In this document: positions 49,200-62,245 of the stretch, piece by piece
How the letters are laid out: every line of letters begins with the position of its first letter
How positions within the stretch are numbered: position 1 is the stretch's first letter
DNA from: Laetmonice hystrix
Lineage: Eukaryota
Length of the DNA stretch: 64,000 bases
Assembly (NCBI GenBank): GCA_965235115.1
Contig: OZ249436.1
Coordinates: 23,252,001 to 23,316,000 of the forward strand
Direction: 5' to 3'
Notes under the pieces: generated by a model
Databases searched by the model: none
The model's input: the letters and a program-made list of their open reading frames with translations, nothing else
What the model was told of the DNA's origin: nothing
Program-made: the position numbers and the translations under genes

Positions 49200-49408
49200 T
49201 TTATTATCCCATCCCCTATCCAGGGGATGGGATCTAGAAATTGTGTGGTTTCGGTTTCTGTATTATTATTATCCCATCCCCTATCCAGGGGATGGGATCT
49301 AGAAATTGTGTGGTTTCTGTTTCTGTATTATTATTATCCCATCCCCCATGGAGGGGGATGGGATCTTAAAGTTGTATGGTTTCGTCTTTCGTATTATTGT
49401 TATTTCCA

Positions 49409-49460
<52 letters not shown>

Positions 49461-50130
49461 TGAATTTGTGCATATATCTCAGTCGTTGATAAAGATATCG
49501 AAATGAAACTTGGCAGGGTCATTCACCATGATAGAGAGAATCGACCCATATAATTATTACGTCATACGACGTGACGTCATGACGTATTTTGCATTTTAGA
49601 CTTATAGGCATTTCTTGAAGCCATAATCCATAGTTTCCCAAAACTTTTCATAGCCTAATAATCGGGCATAGACCCTTTTTACTAATCTTCATTATTTTGA
49701 CCTTTGACCTTTGATGTCATGGAAAAGTAGGTCACATGTCCGAAACTGCTCAAATCGTATCTCTTCTGCCATTTTTTGAGAAAATATGATAATTTTTGGT
49801 AGCCAGGCCTTCTATAGTGAGCTTTGTTTGAAACCGCAGGGATTAAGCAATTTGACCTATTTTCGCTGTACCACGTGACTTTGAAGTTTGTCACTTTTTT
49901 CTAAAACTGCTTCAGTCATTTAGGAATCGTGTATTTGGTCATTAGATATGTGCTGCTATTGACGATTGATCACTTTGCATAATTCTTTTTATAAATTTAC
50001 CAATAATTTTTAATTTATGATAAAATATATGTAATCTGGCTTTGACAGGCTCTACCTTAAACGTTTTTGAGATAGCCACATACAAATAGAACAATTACAA
50101 AGTCTATATATTCAGGTATACCACTGATTG
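49200..50130 (+). mobile_element. Helentron-type HINE with triplicated 5' hairpin head and (AGT)n microsatellite; right end uncertain
   Basis: TTATTATCCCATCCCC..GGGGATGGGAT occurs three times at ~66-bp spacing, followed by (AGT)n at 49410-49459 and a TGAAACTTGG / TGACCTTTGACC body. Confidence 0.6.
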
Positions 50131-51400
50131 CTTAGTTATTTTTTTGGAAAGGTAATCTGGCCAGAATTGTACGTTTTAATAGATGACAATAATATTTTTA
50201 CACTGACGGTTGGCATCTCTAAATACACATACCACCCACTGGGCATGGCCGGCCGCCTCTCCCTGCCCGGTGTTGGCAGCGTTACGTAACTACTGCTGAT
50301 AAGGTCCGGGTGGGCGGTGACTCCCCCATTCCTCCCAGTCAGGGTGGGTTGATGGACCCTTGTGCTGGGAACAGACTTAATTGAATAGCTGGGCATTTGT
50401 ATTTATAACTGTAGGTATCAGTCTAATATATTATATTCTTGAATCTTATATTGGAGGAGAGCGGAATAAAACAACACTGATGATATTAAGCCGTCTTCTT
50501 GAAGTTAAGAGAGAACTCTTGGCCAGCTGCGCCCTATATTGGTTTAGTGCAGTGATTCTCAACCGGGGGTCCCGGTACCCCCCCTGAGGGGTAACTAACA
50601 TGTCGGGGGGTAAAACACCACTGGGGGTAACAGGGGGGTAATCGAGAAATTTGTTGGTATGGTTTAAGTGAATTTGTGCAGGCCTAAAGTGACAATTTGT
50701 CATAAGCCTAGAGCTAAACCCTTATGGCCCTTCGTAGCCTCATAGGTCTACACTGTTAACAGTAAGGCCGCCTTTCCACTGACGCGGTTTAGCCGGCCGG
50801 AGCCATAGATTGTTCTATTCTTTTTCCCGAAATGTAATATAGCCACAATCAGTTTTCTTAGGTATAGTCTTCACATATTGTAATGTTGGCACTAGGATGG
50901 TTGTGGTCTCTGTTTCCAGACTGCCCATTGCGATGTCACCACCCGGCTGGGCACAAAGTCGACTCCTCCGGTCCTCCCAGTCAGGGTGGCGTTGGAGGAA
51001 TCTGCATGTCCAGAACAACCCCAGCTGTATGTGTAACTGTCTAATACATATTTTTTGGCTGGAGAATCAAATGGGACAGTGAAGTTCCTCTTAGGCGTGT
51101 ATTAGAGTGGATGTCGCTGGGTGGGTATAGTGATTTTTAAAGTGTGTGGAGGTGGACACGCATTTTTACGCACTTGAAAAATTTTTACAAGGTGCGTTAA
51201 GCTGTTAAACAAATGTTAATGCAGTGGGTTGGTGCCGCGGAGCCCATTAATTAAAGATAATTACAAGCTCGTATACGGCATGGGAGTATGATATTGCTAG
51301 ACTGGGGTTACTTTTAGGCCTGTATTCGAGTTCCTGCCGCTTGCAGCATAATGGATACTGAAAACGTAATATTAGGCCGGGAGTGGGGGTCCTGTGACGT

Positions 51401-52480
51401 TGACAGTGAGCCATCACGATTCACGACCATGAGGACCATGTATTACGTGTACGATGTGGTGTAGGTAGGTCAAGAGGCATCTGATTATCTGGTTTTCACT
51501 GTTCGAGCCAGGTGTGATCCTTGCGATGATCAACAGATTAATTAGAATTAGAATAAGAATAATAATAGAAATAGAAGATTTATTAATTAAATATAAATAT
51601 AATATAAATATAGATATAATAAATATAGATATAATTTTAATTAAATATAGAATATAGAATAATTATAGAATTAATTATATGAACCTTAAGTATAGAATTA
51701 AGTATATAATTAAATATAAAATTAAATATAGATTTATAGATATAGATTATAAATATAGAATTATAGATTAACAATAGAAAATATCAGATTAATTATCGGT
51801 TGCAATGAACTCGAGGCAGCCTGAAAATGAAACCAGGATAATTGTGTACCTATTTTTGTAATCAAATTTTTCCTTTAATTGTGCTGGGAGGTCTGTCATG
51901 GTAGGAGACAAAAAGGTTTATTCCTCCAAGGGATAATTTTTGCTTTGATTCCAGTTTGCTTTGAATGGGCTGGGAGGCATGTCGTGGCTTGAGACGAAAG
52001 GTTTATTCGTCCAAGAAATGGCCAGACAACATCATGGCCATTTCACTTCTTATCAGTTACGTTCGTGGGTATCGTGACTGGATACTGAATGGATGTGACC
52101 TTTGTCATAGGCCTACATTAAAATCTATCTGAAAAAGACATGTTTTGTATTTCTTTTTTTCTTCAAAGTTGATTTTGCTTAATTCCTTTGTATTTACACG
52201 TAATCCATGAAAATGACGCCTTCTGTTTCAGGTATATAAGTTCCCCTTTACAGTACTGGACTGCGTTCTCTTGGTTCAGAAAAGAAAAGAAATTATAACA
52301 CCTATTTACAAATGATGACGAGTTTCTGACGAATTTTTGACGAATTGACGAGTTTACCTTCGTCAGACAGGAAGATTTGAGTACCCAAAACTACTCCTTT
52401 TGAGGTACTCAGATTGAGTAGGCAAAACTACTCAGATTGACGAATATTTGAGTAGTTTTTGCCCGCCGAGATTTTCTGTG
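51401..52480 (+). mobile_element. Second, left-truncated copy of the 2531-4644 EnSpm-like element
   Basis: Colinear high similarity to 3529-4644, including the AT-rich tract. Ends TTTTCTGTG. Confidence 0.9.
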
Positions 52481-52571
52481 AGTCAGTAGTGCAGTCGTGA
52501 GTGAGTGAGTGTCCGATGAAGCCAGTGGCGGCGCGCGTGTGACCCATACGGTATTTTTAAAAGTCGCCTTA

Positions 52572-52783
52572 GGACCCTCGCACACTAAGCCGATTTACAT
52601 CCGATCGGCCATCCGATTGATGATAAAATGTATCTGATATTTGCGTCCGACGAAAAATATATATCTAATCTTTACAAATTAAATGTCCTTTAATGATTTG
52701 ATGACACAAATTACCAATAATTTCAGAAGTTACGAAAATCGGATGGCCGATCGGATGTAAATCGGCTTAGTGTGCCCAGGCCC
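52572..52783. mobile_element. Harbinger-like MITE
   Basis: GCACACTAAGCCGATTTACATCCGATCGGCCATCCGATT occurs perfectly inverted at both ends. Confidence 0.75.
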
Positions 52784-53129
52784 TCAGACAGTGTTCCACT
52801 TATCGGCGCGATCTTAGACACTTCACATGGTGTTACTGGTGTTTAAAGGTACTTTAATGAGGAATTTTACCTGCCTCTTTAAGTACGTGATGCATGCCCT
52901 GGTTGGAACAGCTTGAGATATACCGAGGACAGCGTCTTCAGTTCAGGTCGATAAGATTTAACTCAATTTAAAGACTGCTTTATTGGAATTTACTCGGTGT
53001 AAAAGTAGAAAAGGGGAATTGGAATATAGTTGCTGGTTTTGACGACTTACGGTGATTACATATTGTCTTGCTGCAACACTGTTACGCGCTGTTGGACCGA
53101 TTATCAACGCTTCGCTGCAACCTGATTTA

Positions 53130-54460
53130 AGCCCCCGTCACACTTTCCCGGATCGCGCGCCGGGTCTTGCCGGATCGGGGATACGGGCGCATCCGGCATG
53201 ATCCGTGGTCCGATCCGGCGTGATCCGGGATGTTCCGTAGCTACCCGTGGCAACCCGTACCGATTCGTAGCGGTCTTTCGATCCGTGGAAAAGTTTTGAA
53301 CATGTTCAAAACTTTTTCGATTTCGACCACAGATAAAATGGCCGTAGCGGATCCGTAGCAACCCGTAGATGACCCGTAGTAACCCGTAGACGATACGTAG
53401 CAACCGTTAGTGGACACCTAGCGTTTCCCTAGTAAGCCGTGATCACGTGATCGGTGATAGATCCACTACGTGTTGTTAGGTATCCTTCCCGGATTGGTAC
53501 GTATAGGTAAGTATTGGTAGGTATAGGAACGGATCACACAAAGTATTGGTACGTATCCACTACGGGTTGATACGGTGTGCTACGGTGGTACCCTACGTAT
53601 TGTGACGGGTTGGTATGGCTTGCTACGGGTTGCTTCAAATCAAGGTGGCCAACGCGTGTGTCATGTGGTGACGCTCGCCTATATATTGGCGAGCACCCCA
53701 ACCTGTTCAATCCGTAATAACCCGTCGGAGATACGTAACAGCCCGTAGTAATCCGTAGTGGAACCGCATCAACCCGTAAGAGAGCCGTAGTGAGCCATAA
53801 TAAGCGGTGCTCTCACACTAGCGCTACGGAGCGATACGGTATGGTACGGTTTAGAGTTCGTAGTATACCGTACTTTACCGTAGTAGTCGTAGTAATGTCG
53901 TAGTAGGACCGTAGTAATCGTAGTAGGAACGTAGTAGAAACGTAGTAAGACCGTACCATCTTACCGTAGTAAGGGGAAACCGTGGCGGAACCCAAAAAGT
54001 TTTTGTGCATGCACAAAATTTTTTTCAAATCCGTAGCAATCCGTAGCAAAAATGCGCACCGTAGTCAAACCGTACCAAAGTCGTAGAAAACCGTACCAAA
54101 ACGTAGTAAAGTCGTAGTAAACCGTGACAATACCGTAGTGTGTTACGTTCTACTACGTTGTTCTACGTTTACTACGGTGTACTACGGTGTACTACGGTGT
54201 ACTACGTCATGTGACGATTTTCTACGGACTGCTGGGGTCTACTACGATCACACCCCATTTCCACCAGGTTACGCTACGGTTTGGTACGGACCTGCTACGA
54301 AGTTACTACGGTATTGGTACGAACGCATTGCGGCATTTGCACGGTTCTACTACGAAACTATTACGTTCCACTACAGACTGCTACGGAATTCCAATGTTGT
54401 TACGGTATTACAACGTTTTACTACGGAGTTACTACGTCTTAGTACGGTTTGTTACGACGA
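53130..54460. mobile_element. Two adjacent or nested Harbinger-like MITE left portions
   Basis: TTA|AGCCCCCGTCACACT at 53130 and GCGGTGCTCTCACACT at ~53804, with dense CCGTAG/CTACG motifs. Confidence 0.6.
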
Positions 54461-54994
54461 ATCTGAGCTGAGGTACAAAGACATTCGTGAAGCTGCAACG
54501 GCCCAAGCGAATTTGGTTCTTTAAAAAAAACAATTTTTAGAGTCACCAGAGGCGTTTTACGTAGGCTAACATGTCTAGCAAGCGGCACGGAAAATAGCAT
54601 TGTGATCCTTTGAGTGTAAATGTAGGCCTAAAGATGTAGGCAAAAGAAAATGAAATGGGACTTAAATTAAATAAATTTCGTTTACTGAATTGAATTATGG
54701 AAATTCCGTACTGCAATGGTTAACAAATTTCGGAAATATCATAGCCATATATAAAAATTAGGCCAACTATAATAAGTGGCGAAATATGAACGAATATATA
54801 TGGGAGATTATGTAGGCCCTATAATGAAGTTTTAATTAGGCCTACGATGATATTTAGTCTAGCCAACGTTGCTTTTAGTAATTAGGGGCCTATAGGCCCT
54901 ACTATAGGCCGTTCGGATCATGCCGGTGCTATTTGCCCATCTTCTGCACCCATTTTAAAATTATAGGTTTTAACATTTTCGTCGGTCGGCAAAA

Positions 54995-55171
54995 CAGAGG
55001 CGTAGGAAGCTATTCGCAATTGGGGGGGGGGGGGGGGGCAAGTTTGTCAGTATTAGTGTGTGCATATATATGATTTTCTTTCCACAATTTTAAATTTTAT
55101 TACTTTGGAAAAAAGGTATGAAAATGTACATAATATTAATTGGCCAACAACCCCCTTTTCCTACGCCACTG
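54995..55171. mobile_element. hAT-like MITE with 5-bp TSD
   Basis: CAAAA|CAGAGGCGTAGGAA...TTCCTACGCCACTG|CAAAA. Confidence 0.75.
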
Positions 55172-55804
55172 CAAAAGCTAGGGGGCACCCACCCACGCCG
55201 CCCACTACTCAGGCTCTACTCGCAAAAAGTTTCGGAAACTTAATGCACTACGAAGAGGAGCTGACTATATGCAATTGAAACATGACCTTATCAGCAGCAA
55301 CATAGATGAAGTGAACATGAATCCTACAAGCCATTTCCAGGAAAATCTGCGGCCAAGAAATATTTTGCCAAAGTGGGCCATTTTGCCCAATGGGTACAAA
55401 ATGGCCCACCTATATGGGGTAAAATTAATATTGCCCCACCTGCCAACTCACATGTTCTGTAAATGTCATACAAGAGGTACGCATGAGAGAGTTGGATCCT
55501 TTTATCCTATAAATTAGTTCACTAACTGACTTATCAATGGGTACAATCACTCCAGGCTGTCTTGATTACAAGTGATGACATCTAGTCTGCCATACTTAGG
55601 CCTATCTTAGGTCAGAGACGTCACTTTTTGACTTCGATCATCTGTCGGGCACTGGATGAACTGACGTCGTCTGCATGGCTTGTTCCAAGACGTACATCAC
55701 ATAGACTAACAGTACATATAGTCAACGCTAGATGGCAGCAGCTAACAGCTCAGATAATGGGGTGGGCCATATGACCCGCCTAGGCCATTTTACCCCACCT
55801 TCCC

Positions 55805-56041
55805 CTACGAGTCTACTACGAGTATAGTACGAGTCACCCCGAGTATGCCGAGCTTAGCAAAGTTTTGAACATGTTCAAAACTTTTAGCGCCGCCTCCCGG
55901 ATCTGTCCGAGCCTCAGCAGAGTTTGCCGGGTGTAGGCCTACTACGAGTGTAGTACGAGTATACAAGAGTTGTGTATGAGTTTCACGAGTTCCCAACTCG
56001 GCGAACTCGTATTCTTCTCGTAGTTCAGTGTGAGAGGGGCT
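55805..56041. mobile_element. Harbinger-like MITE right end
   Basis: ...GTGTGAGAGGGGCT|TTA with TACGAG repeats and an internal palindrome. Confidence 0.6.
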
Positions 56042-58031
56042 TTAGAGATATCAAAAATTGAATTGGAGATATCAGAAATTGCATTTCTGATATCTGTAAT
56101 TAGCCATGCGTATCCCTTCTTCGAAATAATTACTGCTCCCCACGGCGGAAGTGACCAGCTGCGAGAAGGTGGTCGCCATTGAAGATTTCACCGAGACGTT
56201 CTACTGTATAGTCGGAGCCCCAGACCCCAAAAATGGCATTTTTTCGACACGGAATGGTAGAAAATTTCCAATGGTACTAGATCAAAGAGAAACTCATGGG
56301 GGTTTATGCATCGGGGTTAAAAAGGTCCAGATGTGTTGCCGTTGCCATGGAAACGGTTTAGAACTTGGTTTTGGGCCAAAATTTACTAAATTCACTTTTT
56401 ATTAAATAATTCTGGAACAAAGATTCATATTTTAACCAAACCTTGTAGGATGCTGGTTAGAGAAATGCTCCTTCAGAATGTTCTTGCTTTTGACCTTTGA
56501 CCCCAAGGTCAAGGTCACCGGAACTCAAAGAATGGCTAAAAATGGGGTATTTTAAACATATGACTTAGGACAGTTTCAAAATGAGATAGAAAAAAATGAC
56601 AGAGACTATTTCGGTGTATGCCATTGGAAAGAGGAGACGATTCTGCTTTAGTGTACCAAATATTTTTCAGATCTGTGCATATTTACCTCTGTTACCAGTT
56701 GTTTCATTACATAGCTGCATAGTGCCCATGTCCTCATTATGCCTATATCGTCCAGGTTTTGCATGGATCTAGTGTGGAGGGTAAGTCAACTCAGACCAAA
56801 GAATCGTTCATGTTGTGATAAAGTCATGAAATTTGGCATGTGTATGTATACATTAACATGTGCTTAAAAAACTCAGACCAATTGGCATCAAAAAAAAAAT
56901 TGGGGCTGTTTTGGGTTCCTGTTGCTTAGCAACAGTAGTATGCTTAGCAACCAGCTTTTTATGTGGCTCCATGGAGAAAAGGAAACACTTATCTTCACTA
57001 AAGTGATATTAGGGGTTCCTGTGGTCACATCAGTCATTTCGTAATACCAGCCCGTTGCCTAGCAACAGACATGAATATTGAAATTTCCTTAGCAACGGGC
57101 TGCTCCAACCTAATATATATAGATTTAAGAAGAAAAACCAGCACAAATCAGTGTCCAGCATTTCATTGCTTATATATCTAGTCAGGTAGAATGTTACTGT
57201 TGCCTAGCAATAGAGTATGATGCCCCACCTGAGATTTTTAGCCCCCACAACGGGGGGCTTATAATTCGCCCTCCGTCCGTCCGTCTGTCCGTCCGTCCGT
57301 ACGTACATGTACGTGTCCGTAGACAGCGATTTCTTAGAGGTGTATAGGTCGATTATTTTGAAACTTCACACAATGATCGGGGATGATTTGAGTATGATGC
57401 ACGTCAAAGAGATCTTTTATATCATTCACATTCACATCGTTTACATCCAAGATGGCCGCCTTTGCGGCCATCTTGGATGTACACACATTTTGAGTAATAA
57501 CTCAGCCAAAACAATCACGATTTCTTTCAAACCTGGTGCAGAGTGGACGCATAATCATGGCCATTAATGCATCGCAATGTAATCTCAATTCAGATCCAAA
57601 ATGGCCACATGGCGGCCATATTTGTTTCTTGACCCCACAATGACACTGTTTTTGCTTATATCTCGAAAACAGTGCAAGATGACACAATAGTTACTATTAT
57701 TGATACATAGGAAGTCATATATGAAGTTTCATTTGGCGCCATTTTCCATGACCTTGAGCGACCTTGAAAGGTCAATCAAGGTCATGCATATTTAATGGCC
57801 TGTACCTCCAAACCAGTTGAAGATAACAACATGTAATCTTACATGAAACATTACATAATAACCTGGGATAGTCTAAGAAGGAGACACGTGTCAAACATAT
57901 CATTAAAAATGGCTGCTTGGTGGCCATCTTGGCTATAAAGAAATTCGAAGCAATAACTCCGATATTTTCTGGATTTCGTTCTTGGTGACAGAAGGCATGA
58001 GGGGCAACAACCGTGCCAAAAGTACGCATAG

Positions 58032-58637
58032 TTCCTGGACCCACAGATATTAGACCGTTTCCAAGTAACTCCTAAGACGCCCGGGTTGAAAAAGTACCTA
58101 CAGGAGCGTGGAGTTGCCGTTACAGGGCACAAGAACTTGAAGAAGGGAACTTTAGTTTCTCTTTGCAAGAGTTTTTCAGAACAGAACTTGGACGTGCATG
58201 GCCCTGCCCAAGGGGGGTTTTGGGTGTCTGTAACCCCCCTGGGTGCCAAAGATTTCTTTCTTTTTGTTTTTTTAGGTCCAAACTAACACTTGGATCCGTC
58301 CACTGTAACGCCCCTGAACGAATAACCCCCCCCCCCCCCGCATCAATCTCTGGGCACGGTCCTGACGTGGATCCAGACTTCAGTACTTCCAATGTGGCTG
58401 ATGAGATATCCAAAAGGTTGAGTTCACTCGGGATCAAGGTGATTTGTTTACTCTACAAGGATTCAAGGATTCACCGATGACCTCAGCAGTGTGCCACTAC
58501 TCACAGTTCGTGATATTTTTAACTATCTGATCTGCAGTCTGGTTGATCACTATGATGGAGAGAACTTGAATGCCTATCAAAAGAGCTTCGGTGATCGCTG
58601 TCTGACAGTTGATGGGAACGTTTGCGGACTAGAGTAA
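58032..58637 (+). pseudogene. Decayed SAP-domain protein resembling the N-terminus of transposon-borne SWIM/YqaJ (ISL2EU ORF2-like) proteins
   Basis: LKKYLQERGVAVTGHKNLKKGTLVSLC (SAP-like). The frame resumes after MITE removal (QNLDVDPDFS); after a frameshift comes FTDDLSSVPLLTVRDIFNYLICSLVDHYDGENLNAYQKSF. Confidence 0.55.
58197..58364. mobile_element. hAT-like MITE with 5-bp TSD
   Basis: ACGTG|CATGGCCCTGCCCA...TGGGCACGGTCCTG|ACGTG. Removing it with one TSD copy restores the reading frame. Confidence 0.75.
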
Positions 58638-61418
58638 TGGTACTCATTCATGGTATTTAAAGAAAATAACAGATGAATCAGAGAAACTGTATCCTAGTTG
58701 CATTCAGATATCCCAGTCATGCTTGATGTCTACAGGGGAGACAGATCAACCCAGAGAGGTATTGAAAGCAGACCTTTAAAGTTATAACAACCCTTCGTTC
58801 TGTTGGGACAGGGTGTGGCGTCTATATAGTTGTTGTTAAAAGAACGTTACTGTTTGGTTATTAATAAAATGAGCCCCCTGAGCCAAACAATGAGGGGAGG
58901 TGTAAACCCTACAAAGAGGAGGGTCGGGTGCATGACACGTTGGCATGTTCTGCTATTGTCGCCCGCTGTTTGTCTCATACATTGGACAAAAAGTGGTAAT
59001 TTTCTCCTCGGCTGTATGCAAACCTCTCTTCTAACAAATTGTACTTGTTCCTAGAGTAATCCTTGACCTGTTGGTGATAGTGGTTGTGTTTTATACAGAA
59101 GCTACCTTGTACAATTTTAAGGCTGTCCGTGCCGTAGCGTGTAATGCTAGTTAATGGGCATAGGCTGCTTGCTTCACAGACCTCGGCTGGTTGCTAGGCG
59201 TTGCTGGGGGCGGCGGCCATTCTTGGAAATAGTCTAGTCCCTACTCAGTTGGTGGCCTGTGACTCTGACGGGGTCTGGTGAATTTACTAACGTTAGTAAA
59301 AATGACAGAAAACCATGAATGTAACTAACCTCTAAAGCATCAAGGTCAAGCATATTTGCAATTGCCTGTATCTACAAAACACTTCACGCCGGATAACACT
59401 ATCAAACCGTACATAACTGCATAGTTACTAAGATGCAGACAAAGTACATAATATTCACGCTGAATAACATACAAAGTTTCAATTGACAATATTATCTTTG
59501 CCCTTCAAAGATCAATTGAAGTCGTGCATCGTTTCTTCAAGAATCCCTTGTTCTTGGTGGGGGCTATAAGCTTTACAAGCTTGTTTAGATGGTGGACATC
59601 ATGCTAAGCTTCTGGGGAGGACTTAAGGCGGGGCAAACAACCAAACCAATTGTACAGCTCATCATAAACACATATTTTGCTTAGCGCAACCTGGGACCAT
59701 CATATTTATTTTAAGATAAGAAAACATTCTGAATCCTCCCTGGCATGGCTGGTTAAGGATCGTGCTGCTTAGCAATATTATGCTTAGCAACCAGTTTCAT
59801 ATGGTCCCAGGGAGAAAAAACTATGGCACCTACCCCCCCCCCCCCCCCGATAAAGTGCTATCAGAGATTAACATGGTAACATCAGTTATTTCGTGGCACT
59901 AGCCTGTTGCCTAGCTACAGATATGCAGTCTGAAATTCCCTTAGTAACGGTCTGCTCTAACCTCATAGGCAGTAGCAGGGTGCCAAGTGCGCCTAAAATT
60001 CCTAAAAGAATTTTGCTCCGCCCTAAAAATTCCTAATTTGAGCCATTTTTTTCCTAAATTTGTCTGTTTCAAATGGGTGTCCGACCACAAACGTGAGCGC
60101 CATTCAAAGTTGACGTGCAACAGAGCCATGCCTTTAGACCTAGCATCAGGTCAGAATGGCATAGTGCTTTGATGGTCAGTTCATGGAAGGTATTGTGCAC
60201 GTCAACTTTGCTGATGGTATCCTTTATAGTCTGTTCCAGAGGGGTCAGGTAAGACTGGATGTCTCAGCTGAGCTTCATTTTACACGTTCGAGTAACCCAG
60301 ACCTGCCAACTGCTAGGCATCTGGCGTATTTGGTATGCATTTGACACTCCAACTACGCTACGCTCAGTCCTTCATATCCTACACACAAAAACTCTAGAGA
60401 TGGCTATTTACCGTAAAAATCACCTTTTCACCTATGTTGGGCATCACTTTCTGCTCAAAATACCCTTAATTTCATTTTTTCGGGGGTGGCTCCCCATATC
60501 CCCCAGCAGAAGGGGGATATCCCCCTCCTGTACCTTACCCTGCGTCCTGGCACAAGGCACGTGCCCTGACTGTGCCACTTTGGGGCAACCCAATTTCTTT
60601 GACAATGTCCCTAAAGAGAAAAATCGTATAGTCCTCTACAAGATTACTGCACCCATTCCCATAGCATAAGGTATCGACGTCCATGCCCACTCGGCCACCG
60701 CCACCTCCCTAAAAAAGGAAGCTTTGGTGGTCGAGCAGGACAATGGACCCTCCCCCTACACACATCTTCCGAAATGAGACCGAATCCATATTTTCCTAGA
60801 TAGAGCTACACATGATTTCTACCGAACATTGACTGTTAAGGTAATCCTGGCACTGGCGTAGACTGTATTTTTCTTTTGAAATGCACGGGCATCAGGGGTA
60901 ACCCAATTACTTTGACAATGTCCCTAAAGAGAAAAGTCGGAGTGTGATTAGGACCCTATATACCTCACCTGACTGTATTTTTCTTTTGAAATGCACAGGC
61001 ATCAGGGGTAACCCAATTACTTTGACAATGTCCCTAAAGAGAAAAGTCGTATAGTCCTCTACAGGAATCGAACCCCGGCCCCAAGACTACTGCACCCATG
61101 CTACAAAATAACTGATGTTACCATGTTAATCCCTGATTTTTTTTTGGGGGGGGGGGGTAGGTGCAATTGTTTTTTCTTCCTGGGACCATATGAAACTGGT
61201 TCCTAAGCATACTACTGTTGCTAATCAACATGATCCTAAACCAGCCATGTGTTTATTATGAGCTGTACAATTGGTTTGGTTGTCTGCCCCACCTTAAGTC
61301 CACCCCAAAAGCTCCACTCAAAGAGACGGCTTAGCTTGATGTCCACCATCTAAAAAAATCCCAGCTGCAGCTTCTTACTCTATTGCTAGGCAACAGTAAC
61401 ATTCTACCTGACTATAAA

Positions 61419-62245
61419 TCGGGTGGATAAAAAAAACGCCCCGAACTTTAAACTTTAATATTTCAAAAACTATGCATTATAATTCAACAAAACTTCTCTT
61501 AATATCACTTCATAATATTATTTCTGCTATGTTAAGGTTTCAGCTCAATAGCTTTGATAGTAATCCCGTGACGCTAAAAACAAAAATCAGTGTCTAAAAA
61601 CGCAATGCCGGAATTAGGTCAAATATCATGCAGCTGCCAGGTGTCCAATTTGACACCTATTTGATTAACCGCATTGTACCTTGGGTAAACAAAAATTCAA
61701 TATTTAGTTTTTGCATGTTTTACAATATGTATCATGTTGTGGACCACAAGATATAATAAAATATGTCCTATTCCTAGTACTTTTAGAGAAAAACATGTTT
61801 AATGTGCCAAACCCTACAGAGAAACTGCAACATTAGGACGACGTGACTGTAACGAGAAGTTCAAGGGAAATCGTATCATTATCACGTTTAGCAAGACATT
61901 CAGAACGTTGCATATTTCCCAATGTTGGGAAGATATTTCAGAGATCAGAAAGTGCATTGGCTCATGAAAAAAGAGACTGAGGGCAGTATGCAGTGAAAAC
62001 GGGGGACCGATTGACCACCTACTCTAGTGTGCGACTACAACTCGCTTTAGCCTGGCATTGCGCTTTTGTACAATGATTTTTGTTTTTAGCCTCACGGAAA
62101 TATTATCCAAGCTATTGAGTTGTAACATTAACAACTAAGAGACAACATCATGAACTGATATTAAGAAAAATTTCATTGAATTATAATCATTAATTTTTGA
62201 AATATTGACGTTTAAAGTTCGGGGCGTTTTTTTTTATCCACTCGA
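61419..62245. mobile_element. Tc1/mariner-type MITE (copy 2, inverted relative to 45957-46670) inserted in the right Academ-like TIR
   Basis: Same TIR as copy 1, with the interior reverse-complementary to it. Absent from the left TIR at ~57175. Confidence 0.85.

Larger units (their letters stand above)
57237..59584 (+). mobile_element. Helentron-type HINE (DINE-1-like architecture) inserted in a T-run of the left Academ-like TIR
   Basis: 5' subTIR TAGCCCCCAC with a short IR and (GTCC)n; 3' subTIR GTGGGGGCTA (59557-59566) followed by hairpin AAGCTT-TAC-AAGCTT. The opposite TIR shows the empty site. Confidence 0.75.

Noticed and set aside
53130..56041. Single 2.9-kb Harbinger element with TTA TSDs
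   Set aside because: The termini are compatible but the subterminal motifs differ, so they may be ends of different families. Not asserted.
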